From Octopus sinensis (Eukaryota): DNA of 64,000 nt. The position numbers and the translations under genes were made by a program. Numbering within the stretch: the first letter of the stretch is position 1; every line of letters begins with the position of its first letter. Under the pieces are notes generated by a model, which did not search any database, was not told the origin of the DNA, and saw nothing but the letters and a program-made list of their open reading frames with translations. Location of the stretch: contig NC_043020.1 in the NCBI RefSeq assembly GCF_006345805.1, forward strand, positions 23,932,001 through 23,996,000. Reading direction: 5' to 3'. Shown here piece after piece: positions 14,131 through 26,578 of this stretch.

Positions 14131-14609
14131 ATATATATATATGCATACAGGATGGCATGTATATAGTGAACTTCTTCTTATGTCATTACTTGGCTACCAT
14201 ATGTTTTCCCACAGCCGTGTATATTGCAGGGCTGGGTACAAATGCGGAACTCCTCTTTGCATATCATTAATACAAGGGTAATGTAACGCGTTGATGGAGG
14301 ACATTAGACGTTGATAATAGGTCTCAACATTTGTTTCTGCACTGTACAATAGCTTTATGTTGGTAAATTTATGCATAAACTCTGCAACTGAAAGCTGGTG
14401 TTCGGTGCAGTAACAATTGTTGTGTTCCACTATTAAAGCCTGATATCTTCCTACATCATGTTATATTATATTTATGTACACACTCACGATAAAAGTTAAT
14501 AGACACCAATAAAGCATCGTTTTATGTTTCTTCTACTTGTAAAGGTTTATATCTTTTTATTAATTGATATTTTTATGTCTCTTGCTCTATATGTGACTGT
14601 TTAATCATG

Positions 14610-14770
14610 TCATGTATAAAAGAAGCCCTGGAACTGTCTGAATTTTAAAGAGGCCATATTTTGGGTCATTCTGAAGGTGGACATAGTCAGCATAAAATCG
14701 TAGAAAACTTTGGGATCCCGCTTTCTACAGTTAATAGAGTGAATGTGCAATTTACCAGAGAGAGGAAGGA
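14610..14770 (+). pseudogene. Tc1/Tc3-like transposase N-terminal HTH fragment
   Basis: [36 protein letters not shown] matches the Tc1-family paired-like HTH pattern; cut off by a SINE B 3' fragment (14773-14925). Confidence 0.65.
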
Positions 14771-14939
14771 GGTCGCGTTACGTGTCAGGCTGAATCTTCC
14801 TGAGAAAAACGTTAAGACTACACGTGTCTGTGGAGTACTCAGCCACAGGCACGTTAATTTCACGAGCAGGCTGTTCCGTTGATTGGATCTGCTGGAACCT
14901 TCGTCGTCGTAACCAGCCGAGTGCTAATATATGTTTGTT

Positions 14940-14970
<31 letters not shown>

Positions 14971-15390
14971 ATGGACAGATGGAAGTGTGTTATTTGAGGG
15001 AGATTTAGCTGCTACTATCTAGCAGGCAAATCGACCGCAACTGATTTCTCTTTGCTCTGTATATAATAATCACCCTTGCTCTGTATATCATAACCAGTAA
15101 AACTTCAGGAGAAAGACTGGATGATGATAATCTATGTTGAGCTCTATACTCAACGTTCGCAGTCGTACATCTAACTACACAAACGGCATACTATGTATTA
15201 GATATCTTCTTATACTTTACTTATTTTAATCATTAGACTGCAGCCATGCTGAGGAAGGGTCTTGAAGTATGTTTACTGGAGAGAATCGACCGTAGTCTTT
15301 TTCTAAGCCTGGTACGTATTCTAACGATTCGTAAACACAGCAAGCGGTCGTGGGGAACAAACACAGACACAAAGATAAATACACACACAC

Positions 15391-15443
<53 letters not shown>

Positions 15444-16424
15444 AACACACACACACTATTCGCAGTGCAGATAGTGCCTAAATATCACACAGACGACATA
15501 TCCCTTGCATTGATGTTCCACTTCATCCATTTGGTCAGATTTTCTTTCTTCGTGCGACATTAGAATTTACGCTTATATTTTATGGGATTCAAAGATGTAG
15601 AATGTGATATTAGATGCTGCTTTATTATGGCAACATCTGAACACGGATTGAAACCGGTTAGAAAGTCAAATAAATACTAACACACACACAAAATATAATT
15701 ATTCATAGAGAAAATTGCTATTTAATTTTGTTTTTACCATCAATGCCTATAGAAAAAAAAATTCAAAGAAAATAAAAGCTTCAAATATAAAATAGACCCT
15801 CCCCACCAAAGAAATAGTTACACAAAATAAGAAGGAAAAAAACCCCGCCAGTAATCAAAATAATTTTTTTAAAATTCGTTTTTGTATATAAATGTCTGCT
15901 GTGTATATGTGAATAAGGTGAATATGTCTCCCGGAAGCGATCCATGGCATGCTGCCTTAAAAAGCAAAAGTAATATAAAAGAATAAATTAATAAAAAGAT
16001 AGAAAGAAGAAAGAGCGAAATGATACCGCCATTCTAATGAATAATTAATTTTTTAAATACTTTTTCCCCCCCTTCTATCGTTTTTAATAGATTGTTTCTT
16101 ATTTGTTTTCTTGTTTTCTTTTTTCATCTTCACATTTTTTATACATAAATATATTTTTTGTCATTCATTTTTCGTTATTATTCTTAAATCAAGTTCATCA
16201 CCGCCATAAAGATGATGGGATTTTATTTCAAAAACTTCTGTAATAAGGAATATGATGGTGATGATGATAATGATGATGATGATAGTGGTTGTGGTGAGGA
16301 TGGTAGTTGTGGTGATGGTGAAAATGATGGCAGCGTTGGCGGTGGGTGAGGTTAACGTTCCTGCTGATGTCATCAGCGTTGTGTATTTTCCTTTGCGAAG
16401 ACAGAAATAAATATATAAATAGAG

Positions 16425-16575
16425 TATTCTTTTCTACTCTTGGAACAAGGCCCGAAAGTTTTGGGGAGAGGTCAGTCGATTAGAACGACCCAAGTACGCA
16501 ACTGGTACTTAATTTATCGATCCCGAAAGGATGAAAGGCAAAGTCGACCTCGGCGGAATTTGAATTCAGAACGTC
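16425..16575 (-). mobile_element. SINE family C (Meta-domain-like core)
   Basis: Minus GTCGACTTTGCCTTTCATCCTTTCGGGATCGATAAATTAAGTACCAG. Confidence 0.8.
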
Positions 16576-16697
16576 AAGACACGAAAATAAAGAAAGTATT
16601 AAAAGCAAAAGTAGACAAGAATGGCAGCTTGGCAGATTTGCTCAAGTGACGGCAAAAGTAAGTTGTACTGTGTGTGTGTATATGTATATCCATGTGT

Positions 16698-17063
16698 GGA
16701 GGCGCAATGGCCCAATGGTTAGGGCAGTGGACTCGCGGTTTCGATTCCCAGACTGGGCGTTGTGAGTGTTTATTGAGCGACAACACCTGAAGATCCACGA
16801 GGTTCTGGCAGGAGGTGGTGGCGAACCTTCCTCTACTCTTTCACCACAACTTTCTCTCACTTTTTCTTCCTGTTTCTGCTGTACTTGTATTTCGAAGGGC
16901 CAGCCTTGTCACACACTGTGTCACGCTGAATCTCCCTGAGAACTACGTTAAGGGTACACGTGTCTGTGGAGTGCTCAGCCAGTTGCGCATTAATTCCACG
17001 AGCAGGCTGTTCCGTTGATCGGATCAACTGGAATCCTCGTCGTCGTTACCGACGGAGTACCAC
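16698..17063 (+). mobile_element. tRNA-derived SINE family B, near full length
   Basis: A box TGGCCCAATGG, B box GTTTCGATTCC; 3' body AAGGGTACACGTGTCTGTGGAGTGCTCAGCC...GTCGTCGTTACCGACGGAG. Confidence 0.85.
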
Positions 17064-17179
17064 GAATACCAATGTATTTATATGCATGCGTGTAGGTGAG
17101 TGTATATACTTAAATATTGATACCACCTAGAAGGAGGCGCGTTTTTTCTACTCAGCAGAATGAATAGGATTTTGGTCAA

Positions 17180-17395
17180 GAGGAATTGATGTCACCAGAT
17201 CATATCCAACACCCTCGGATGTTTCGATCCTGAACCGTAACACCCTCCCATCGGTGGGTCAGCAGGGGTGGCCAACTAACTGCTCCTCCTATCCTCGTGT
17301 CTTCCAGCTCAATTCCTCTCTCCTGTAAGAGGCTTTTTGTGCTGCTTTCCCCATCCTACGCGCAGCCACCCTTCGCTTCTTTCCTCTCTTTCCAA
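17180..17395 (-). mobile_element. HERO-like (RLE clade) non-LTR retrotransposon 3' end
   Basis: Peptide KKRRVAARRMGKAAQKAS.RREELSW* followed by a UTR with GAGGGTGTT...CGAAACATCC...GGATA...CTGGTGA, as in HERO 3' ends. Confidence 0.55.
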
Positions 17396-17523
17396 ATACC
17401 CTGTTGTTGATGTTGAAATCCCAGTAAAGCAAGCTTGGATCTAGGTTAGAAACCGGCGCTTTCTCTATTGGCGAGAAATCTTGAAATAAAACTAAACAGG
17501 GCCATACATATACATACATGCAT

Positions 17524-17572
<49 letters not shown>

Positions 17573-18485
17573 ATAATCATAATAATAAGAGTATATATAT
17601 GAATAAACCCTCGTACATACGTATATATATGTGCGTGTCTATATGTGTTTGTGTGTGTGTGTCTTTGTGTATGTGTCTCCGCTTGTCAATCGGCGTGGTC
17701 TTCGTAACATTAGCGGTTCGGCAAAGGAGACCGATAGATTAAGTACCAGGCCTAGCCAGTAAACCTCGACACCGACGCCCCCCACCCCCCAAAAAAAATT
17801 AAGAACTGGGGTCGATTCATTCGACTAAAGAATATTCTTGAAGGCGATGCCCCAGCATGGCTGCAGTATAATGCCTGAAACAAGTAGAAACTAAAGGATA
17901 ACATGTATACACACACACACACAACACACACACACACACACACGCACACTGATCTAACCCCATCTAATGGAATACGAACGAACATTCTTTACGATATTAC
18001 TAATTTCACATTTTTATACTTTCATATACTTTTTTATATTCACATTTTTTTACATACAAAATCAGTAATAATTACATTCTTATACAACCTATCAATATTA
18101 ATAACCTTTAGTAAATTTATACCTCTTAATTATCTTTATTACAATTATCTAATTTTACTCTAATAATTATAAACTTGTCCTCGCATTTACACTTGTAATT
18201 ACGCTCATTGTATCTTTTTTTTAATATACGTTTCATTAACTTCATCTGTTTCGGCTCTAATTACGTCTTTAATTTCCTTTAATCCTCTCTATTAATATGC
18301 TAGACTCCTAATATGCACCGTCTCCACTTTCGTTGCTTAAATTTCATAACATTTTCTCGTGTGACGTATCTGTTTCGCGTTAAGTCAAAGTGAATCGTTA
18401 AATTCTTTTGTTTAACATGGAGAGGTACACGGCGATACTTAGACATTGGTACAGAACACACACACGCATATATATATATATATAT

Positions 18486-18710
18486 CCTGGAGTAAGCACA
18501 TAAATATGAAACAATGTGGAAAAAATAATACTCAAAAACAAGAGGTAGAGTAATATGCATTATTTAAATGCAACAGAAAATATAACAAAAGCTGTTACTC
18601 AGAGTTTCACGGTCCCGTTCATCGGACACTTTTGTTAAAACTGTCCGAAGAACGGGAACGTGAAACTGAGTAACACCTTTTGTTATATTTTCTGCTGCTT
18701 TTAAATAAAG
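18486..18710. mobile_element. Fold-back insertion with mirrored hammerheads in (TA)n
   Basis: Arms 18560-18628 / 18642-18708; minus TGT-CCGATGA-ACG GGAC CGT-GAAAC TCTGA GTA-ACA; plus TGT-CCGAAGA-ACG GGAA CGT-GAAAC TGA GTA-ACA; ~75-nt tail. Confidence 0.75.
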
Positions 18711-18941
18711 TATATATATATATATGGTTGTATTTCGGAATGGTCATTTTGCCAGTTTAACCAATAAAAACACACACACTATATATTTGGTGTTATTTTG
18801 CTTCAGTGTTATTTATTTATTACATTAATCTTAATCTTGTTTCGACCAGAGTTCTTTCGTCACACTCCTGTGACCGCATCAATTGTCCTTTTTTTCTTCT
18901 TTCTTATTGTTTCAATACCGATTTCACATAAAAAATCTTGC

Positions 18942-19034
<93 letters not shown>

Positions 19035-19105
19035 TTTCATGCATCTCTTAGAACTATACTCGTGTGAAGTATTACAATTCACAAACGTGAAGATTTCATA
19101 CATAT

Positions 19106-19775
19106 AGGCACAGTTGTGGTGGCGTGATAATAATATTGTTTCTAAATCACATGATTCTGGGTTCAGTCCCACTGCGTGGCACCTTGGGCAAGTGTCTTCT
19201 ACTATAGCTTCGGGCCGACCAAAGCCTTCTGAGAGGATTTGAAAGAAGACCGTCGTATAAATCCACGAGTACAGTTCTATATTTAAGAGATGAGTAGTTA
19301 TGTACATTATTTATATTTAGATTTGATGGATATTTGTCCTCATCTTCTTGTAAACACAGCGTTTCGGCTGATATACCCTCCAGCCTTCATCAGGTGCCTA
19401 AGGGAAATTTGGAACCTGGGTTCTCATTCCCAAGACACCTAATGAAGGCTGGAGGGTTTATCAGCCGAAACGTTAACAACAAACAAGATGAGGATGTAGC
19501 AAATATCTGTCGAATGTAAATAATGTAAATAATGTAAGTCTATGAGTGTTTACTTCGTGTGTGTACCTTTGTGTCTGTGTTTGACCCTCATTATCGCTTG
19601 ACAATCGATGTAGGTGCGTTTGGGTCCCTGTAACTTAGCGGTTCGGCAAAAAATACCGATAGAATAAGTACTAGGCTTACAAAGAATAAGTCCTGGGGTC
19701 GATTTGCTCCACTAAAGGCGGTGCTCCAGCGTGGCCGCAGTCAAATGACTGAAACAAGTAAAAGAATAAAAGAAT
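19106..19775 (+). mobile_element. SINE family A interrupted by a fold-back element
   Basis: Head 19106-19257, body resumes ~19560-19775. Confidence 0.8.
19258..19537. mobile_element. Fold-back insertion with mirrored hammerheads
   Basis: Arms 19303-19405 / 19427-19527; minus TAGGCAC-CTGATGA-A GGCTG...CAGCC-GAAACGCT-GTGTTTA (19351-19400). Confidence 0.75.
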
Positions 19776-19794
19776 ATACATATATATATATATT

Positions 19795-19980
19795 ATTCTC
19801 TCATTTGTTTGTCATTTGACTGCGGTCACGCTGGAGCATCGCCTTTAGTCGAACAAATCAACCCCAGAACTTATTCTTTGTAAGCCTAGTACTTATCCTA
19901 TCGGTCACTTTTGCCGAACCGCTAAGTTACAGGGATGTAAAGACAACATCGGTTGTCAAACGATGGTGGAGGACAAACAC
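19795..19980 (-). mobile_element. SINE family A, 3' half
   Basis: Inverted relative to 19570-19775. Confidence 0.8.
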
Positions 19981-20782
19981 ATATACTTACATACATATAT
20001 ACATAGGTTCACAGATTCGCATTTATGCACTTAGATACGTATACTTATATACACAGGTACATATACATATATATCGCTTCCCTTTGAGCCTTGATATAAT
20101 GATTCATTTCTCATATATTATTTGATATCCAGCTCCCTTTTCTCCTTAATATGTAAACGTGGTATATTTCTATAGCCTCACGTTACTTCTTATTGCTTTG
20201 CAACCCCTAGTGAGATTTTCGGATTGTTTTTTACCTCTTCAAGCCCTTTTCGTAGATGCGGTGTGGGCGAAACTGAAATGATTGAGGAAAACATCTTTCT
20301 CTTTAGTCAGCTCCTCATCGACTTTTGCAGATTCTATTTGGAAATAAAAGTGATTTTCAACAAGGAATTGGACCCTGGTAGTGAATTAGTCAACAGGTGG
20401 GGGTGACGGTAGTAAAACTTAGTTTGGGTGAATAGAACAACTATAAGCTTGTTTGTAGATTGGAGAACAACTGAATAAGGGACCGTGTCCTTGGTAGTCA
20501 GGCTGCTCTTTGGTCTGTGGGGTTCTTTGATTGGCCCTAGTTAGAGGATCTCCTCTGTAAGGAGGACTGCATACACCATGCATTCACATATTTTGAATAT
20601 TAAGTATTCCATCCTCTTTATTTCCATCTGATCTTTTATGAAAACCTCTACACAAATTGCCAACTTGTACTTGTAATGTTATCTCATGGGATGCCCTTGT
20701 GGCAAATATAAGGAATTGCAGTGCATCTTTGTCTTTTACGTGCTGGGTAGAAAATCTTCTTTTTCTCTTTTTTGTTCTGTTT

Positions 20783-20931
20783 GTTGTTGTTGTTGTTGTT
20801 GTTGTTGTTCTTCTTCTTCTTCTTCTTCTTCTTCTTCTTCTTCTTCTTCTTCTTCTTCTCTTCTTCTTCTTCTTCTTCTTCTTCTTCTTCTTCTTCTTCT
20901 TCTTCTTCTTCTTCTTCTTCTTCTTTTTCTT
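20783..20931. repeat. (TTG)n/(TTC)n compound microsatellite
   Basis: Directly visible; source of the poly-K/E/L ORFs. Confidence 0.95.
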
Positions 20932-20932
20932 C

Positions 20933-21315
20933 AGGCAGCGACCTGGCACAATCGGGCAAAATACTTAACGGTATTTACATTCCGAGTTCAAATTCTTCCA
21001 CCGAGGTCGACTTTGCCTTTCATTCTTCTGGGGTCGATGTAATTGACTAGTCTCCTTCCCCACAAAGTTTCAGGCCTTGTACCCATAGTAGAAAGGATTA
21101 TTATTCATGAAGGCGGCGAGCAGGCAAAATCGTTAGCACACCGGATGCAATGCTTAACATTTCGTCCGTATTTACGTTCTTGAGTTCGAATTCCGCCGAG
21201 GATGACTTTGCCTTTCATCCTTTCGGCGACGATTAAATAAGTACCAGTTACGCACTGTGGTCCATGTAATCGACTTAATCCCCTACCCCAAGCTGCCCGT
21301 GGCAAAAATTTAAAA
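20933..21315 (+). mobile_element. Two tandem SINE family C copies
   Basis: GGCGGCGAGC...GAGTTCGAATTCCGCCGAGG...GCCTTTCATCCTTTCGG-type units at 20933 and 21110. Confidence 0.8.
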
Positions 21316-21326
21316 TCATCATCATC

Positions 21327-21392
<66 letters not shown>

Positions 21393-21967
21393 GTTATTAT
21401 TATTATCGTTCTTGGGAACATGACCCGAAAGTTTGCTGTAATATGAAGGTCATGGAGTGCATTTCATCAGTAGATAATTTAGCTACCGCGTGGGATATAC
21501 GTCTTATATAACAGAGAGGGAGTGAGCGGGAGAGTGAAAGAGAGAGAGAGAAAGAGATAAACAGAAAGAAAGGGAAAGCAAGAGGGAAGAGTTGGCAAGA
21601 GAGGAGAGTATGGCGTAGAGAGGAAGAGAATTAAACTATGATTATTCTCTAAAATTCTAGTCTTTGCAATGCTTTTTAAGAAAGAGAGCATTGTGTTCTG
21701 CAGCATTCTCGATGTTGTTCACTGTTTATTGTTGGCGTTCATTGTTTACTGTTGTTTACCAGTCATTCCCTGTTATTTATTGTTTGTTTTTAATTTCATC
21801 TCAATGCTTCTTTTTTTTAGTTTTACCTTTTTCGATTTTTAAAAACAAAATTGTCACTGTTATCCTCGTGATCATTGTCGTTGTCGTCATCATCATCGCT
21901 ATCATCATCATCGTCGTCGTCATCATCTTCATCATCATCATCATCGTTACTATTCTTGATATCATGA

Positions 21968-22183
21968 AGGCGACGAACTGGCAGAATCGTTAACACGCTC
22001 GGCAAAATGCTTAGCAGCATCTCGACCCGTTTTACTTTCTGCGATCAAATTCCGCTGAGGGTGGATTTTGCCTTTCATCCTTTCGTGGTCGAAGGAAACA
22101 AGTACAACTCAAGTACTGGACTCGATGTAATCGACTGACCCTCTCACCTCAAATTTTAGGCATTCTTCTTATGATAGAAAGGA
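21968..22183 (+). mobile_element. SINE family C
   Basis: Same head, core and tail as 21110. Confidence 0.75.
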
Positions 22184-22950
22184 CATATGTTTGTGTGTGT
22201 GTGTGTGTGTTTATGCACGTATATGTATATATGTATATATATATATATATATATATAGTACATGAAAGATGGAAGAAACGTAAATTTTTATTAATCTCTG
22301 CAATTGTTTCGACACATCTAGCATTGGTCTCTCACGGGTGAGATACTAAATTTGTTCAGGGGCATCCGGCAGGCAGATGTGTTTCTTTGGGTGATAAATA
22401 GATATAACTCGTTAAAATAACGGTTCCGCAATGTATCTTCCCATTTCTTGTGAAGAAAAGCAGCAAATTAAAGGATATATCTTCATTTATATGGAAGTTC
22501 AAAACTAAAATAACAGATGCAAAAAAAAAAGAGAAAGAAACGAACAGGCAATACAGCGAGAAATGTATTAAAAATAGCCGTTAACGGATACGGATGTATA
22601 AACGCCCACGCGTAAGCTGCATGGCGCATGTACACTCGCTCATGAAAGCATCCACGATGTTTCCATACGCACACGTGTGGTTTGGTGTAGACACGTTCAC
22701 ATTGCGAGTTAACTAGCTACTTGGTGTTTACAAGAATGGGAACATTAAAGCTAAACTTAATTCATCCATACCTTAAAGTAAATTACGTTAACAGTTACTC
22801 ATTCATTCCCTCTGTATTGTGCGAAAGTACATTTATATGCACGTGCGCATTTTGAGACTCTTTCAGAAATTCTATTGATGATATTCTCATTGGCCCAAAG
22901 AATAGACAGGGATTCTTCGGAGCAGTGTCGGCATATTCTGCAAAGTATAT

Positions 22951-23081
22951 TACTGTAACCCCATACCATGTCGCGGTTTACTTATCACGGTCCACCTATC
23001 ACGGTTTATTATTAAAGCTTACGTCAATTCCTCCGTGGTGTTGTTTTGCATCTATAATAAAATAGTCGAGGGATTGCTGTA
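22951..23081. mobile_element. Tigger/pogo-like MITE
   Basis: TA-CTGTAACCCCATACCATGTCGCG ... TAGTCGAGGGATTGCTG-TA; right TIR matches 45960-45977. Confidence 0.55.
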
Positions 23082-23275
23082 TATGGTTTTGCGTGCCTTA
23101 CTATAGACCAAGTTATGTTATACTTAATTTTATTTCCCTTCAGTCGCCACAGAAAATTGGCCAAAGATGTTGAATGTCTCTTATTGATTCTCGTGAAGCT
23201 GGCGACAAGGTTGCGATAACAATTCTTAAATGAATCAACCGTTTTCCCAATGTAAGCATATAAAGCTCCCCTTGT
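23082..23275 (-). pseudogene. PLE GIY-YIG endonuclease fragment
   Basis: YIGKTVDSFKNCYRNLVASF...STSLANFLWRLK...YNITWSIVRHAKPY; homologous to the endonuclease of the 46 kb element. Confidence 0.8.
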
Positions 23276-23489
23276 GTGCACAGTACATTTATATATAAGG
23301 TTTGTACTCATACAGAGGTACATCAATGGGCATTTTGATTTTTCTCTGCGTATATGCGCGCGCGCCTGTGATTATGTATGTATGTGGTTGTGTGTGTATG
23401 CGTTTATGTTGCATTTGTTCCCCCAGAACAGACGCTTGGTAAACCGCAACGATTTCCTCAAGCTGCCCGGTTCATAGCGGTTCAATAAA

Positions 23490-23932
23490 AGTGACCGATA
23501 GAATAAGTAGCCGTCTTAAGACAGAAAAAAAGAAAAATACTGTTGTCAACTTGATTGACTGAACTAAAGCCTTCGAGGCGATGCCCCAGCTTGGCCGCAA
23601 TCCAATACCTGAAACGTGTAACAGATAAAAGTTAATAAAATATTTGTGTGTGTATATAGTCATATGTATATATAATTTATATATATGTATATATATAAAT
23701 ATGTATATATCTGCATGTGTCTTTCTGTGTTTATCCCCCCCATCACCGCTTGATAACCGGTTTGGGTATGTTTATGTCCCCGAAACTTAGCGGTTCGGCA
23801 AAACAGAGCGAAAGGATTAGTACTAGTCTTAAGAGATAAGTTCTTGGTTGGATTTATTCGACTAAAACCCTTCAAGGCGGTGCTCCAGTATGGCGCAGTT
23901 AAATGACTGAAACAAGCAAAGCAATAAAAGAA
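23490..23932 (+). mobile_element. Two SINE family A 3' halves
   Basis: AGCGGTTC...GATAGAATAAGTA...CTGAAAC units at ~23475-23630 and ~23720-23932. Confidence 0.7.
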
Positions 23933-24270
23933 TATATATGGATGTGTGTATATATATATATGTATATTTATATATGTGTATGGGTGAGCGTGTGTGTTTG
24001 GTGTATATATATGCATACAATTTTATATATTTGCAAATATCTTCATGTAGATATATAACTGTGTGTGTGCGTGTTTGCATATATATGTGGTTGCGTATCT
24101 CTTAGTAAGACTATATGAAGTTGCGTGTGCACGGATGAGGGGAAGTTCGCAATTACAGTAAATTTCAAACTTCCACCGTCGCAGTGACTGGTTTTCAATT
24201 TTCAGTTATTGACTGATTTTAATTTACAATGGAACCGGGAGCTTCAATAACACACTATACAATAGCGATA

Positions 24271-24310
<40 letters not shown>

Positions 24311-24444
24311 ACACACACACACACAACACACACACACACACACACATCTGTAATTATACATATATATTATTATTCGTATTCTTGTATATATATATATATG
24401 TATGTATGCATGTGTATAGATATATATATATATGTATGCATGTG

Positions 24445-24476
<32 letters not shown>

Positions 24477-24624
24477 CACTTATATATACACACATATATA
24501 CATATATATATATATATGTATGCATGTGTGTATGTATATATATACATACACATATATATATGCATATACATGTGTATATATATATGCATGTATATATATA
24601 TATATAAATACACTTATAAATACA

Positions 24625-24717
<93 letters not shown>

Positions 24718-24824
24718 ATGTCTGCGAGTGTTAGAGGTATATACACATAACGAAGAAATATACAATCATTATTTTGCAAACGAGAACTACAAGGAAGCAT
24801 TATTATTCTATCGAAGTTTTTATG

Positions 24825-25375
24825 TTGATGATAATGGTGATGATGATGAGGTTGACGATAATAACAACAGCAATAATAATAATAATAATATTTACAGTAA
24901 TGATAATGATAATGACGATGATGATTTTAATGAAAGTGATTATTATACGGTTTGTGCTGATGATGATGAGGATGGTGGTGATGATGATGAAAAGATGGAG
25001 GAGAATGAATTGGCGCATAATGATGAGGATGATGATGTAGCTGGGGTGCAGAAGAAGGTGACGATGCCCAAAACGACGACGACGGAGACGATAATGATGA
25101 GTGATGTTGATGCTGATGTTGATGCTGATGTTGATGCTGATCTCGATGATGTTGATGTTGATGATGATGTTGATGATGTTGATGGTGGTGATACTGGTGG
25201 TGATGATGATGGTGGTGACGATAATGGTGACGATAGTGGTGATGATGATAACAATGCTCTTGATAATTTTGCCGATAGGTATGACGAAGGTGATGGGTTT
25301 GTTAACGATGGAGACGAAAAGAAAAAGACTGAAGAAATGGAAGAAGAAGAAGAAAAAGATGATGATGATGATGCG
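24825..25375. repeat. Degenerate (GAT)n/(GAY)n low-complexity tract
   Basis: Trinucleotide periodicity; gives the 234-aa Asp-rich ORF. Confidence 0.85.
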
Positions 25376-25719
25376 GTCCAGTTAATGTAAAGTGTGCCAC
25401 ACAATAGAGTATCATCTTCGTTGCTTGGTTCCAAAATATGGCGGAACAATTACAGAGAGCGGAACATAATAAAGACTAATTGTTTGGCGGGAGATCTTTA
25501 AATGAATTCATGGCTTCCCTCTATAATACTAATTACCGGGACGACGACGACGACGACGACGGCGACGACTCAGCGGCGGCGGTTATCATGGTGGTGCTTG
25601 TGATAATGATGATGGTGATAGTTTTAAGGATATGCTACACATAAGAATGATTGTGATGATGATGATGATGATGATAATAAAAATAAAATAATAATAATTA
25701 ACAATAATAATTAATAATA

Positions 25720-26320
25720 ATCCTTTCTAGTAAAGGCACAAGGCTAGTAATTTCGATGGAGTGGGTAAGTGGATTACATCGACCGCAGTGCGTAGCTGGT
25801 ACTTATGTCATCGACCCCGAAAGGATGAAAAGCAAAGTCGACCTCGGTGGAATTTGAACTCAGAACGTAAGGACGTATGAAATGCCGCTTAGCATTTTAC
25901 CTGGCGTGCTAACGATTCTGCCAGCTCGACGCCTTCAATAAAAATAATAATGATGATGATGATGGTTTCAAATTTTACTACAAGAGCAGCCATTTTGGGG
26001 GTTGAGATGAGTCGAGTACATCCAGCCGAGTGTTTCACTAGTACTTAATTTATCGACCCCGAAAGGATGAAAAGCAAACACCACCACTGCCACCACCACC
26101 CATAATAATAATGCTTCTAAATTTTGGCACAAGGCCAGCAATTTTGAGGAAGAAATAAGTCGATTAGATCGACCCCCATTGCTCATCTGGTACTTATTTT
26201 GTCAACCCCGAAAGAATGAAAGGTGAAGTCGACCTCAGCGGCATTTGAATTCAGAATAGAAGGGCGGACGAAATGCTGCTAAGCATTTTGTCCGACATGC
26301 TAACGATTCTACCAGCTCGC
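25720..26320 (-). mobile_element. Cluster of three SINE family C copies
   Basis: Core ACCCCGAAAGGATGAAA-type motif at ~25815, ~26057 and ~26205. Confidence 0.8.
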
Positions 26321-26578
26321 AATAATATTTATCAGTGACACGGACACGAGGGCAAAGACCGTTCATGAAAAGAGTTATCAAAGATGTGCAGTGTTGTACG
26401 TAGTTCTATAAAAATACACGAACGAGGGGAAAATATATAAAATATAACTGGACGAATTAAAGATGTATAAAATAGATTTACAAATGTTTGCACAGAATAT
26501 TTTTTTAAAAGATAAAGGTTAATAAAACGCAGAACATTTAAAACCGAACATGGTGATGATGATGAATATTTCGCCAAC

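Noticed and set aside
16698-16760. tRNA genes at SINE heads
   Set aside because: No complete cloverleaf; they run into multi-copy SINE bodies
17180-17240. Type II hammerhead in the HERO-like 3' UTR
   Set aside because: The core is CTGGTGA and stems I and II are too weak
24686-25390. 234-aa Asp-rich ORF as a biomineralisation-type acidic protein
   Set aside because: It starts in a (TG)n tract, has no signal peptide, overlapping frames are also open, and similar (GAT)n tracts occur throughout the window
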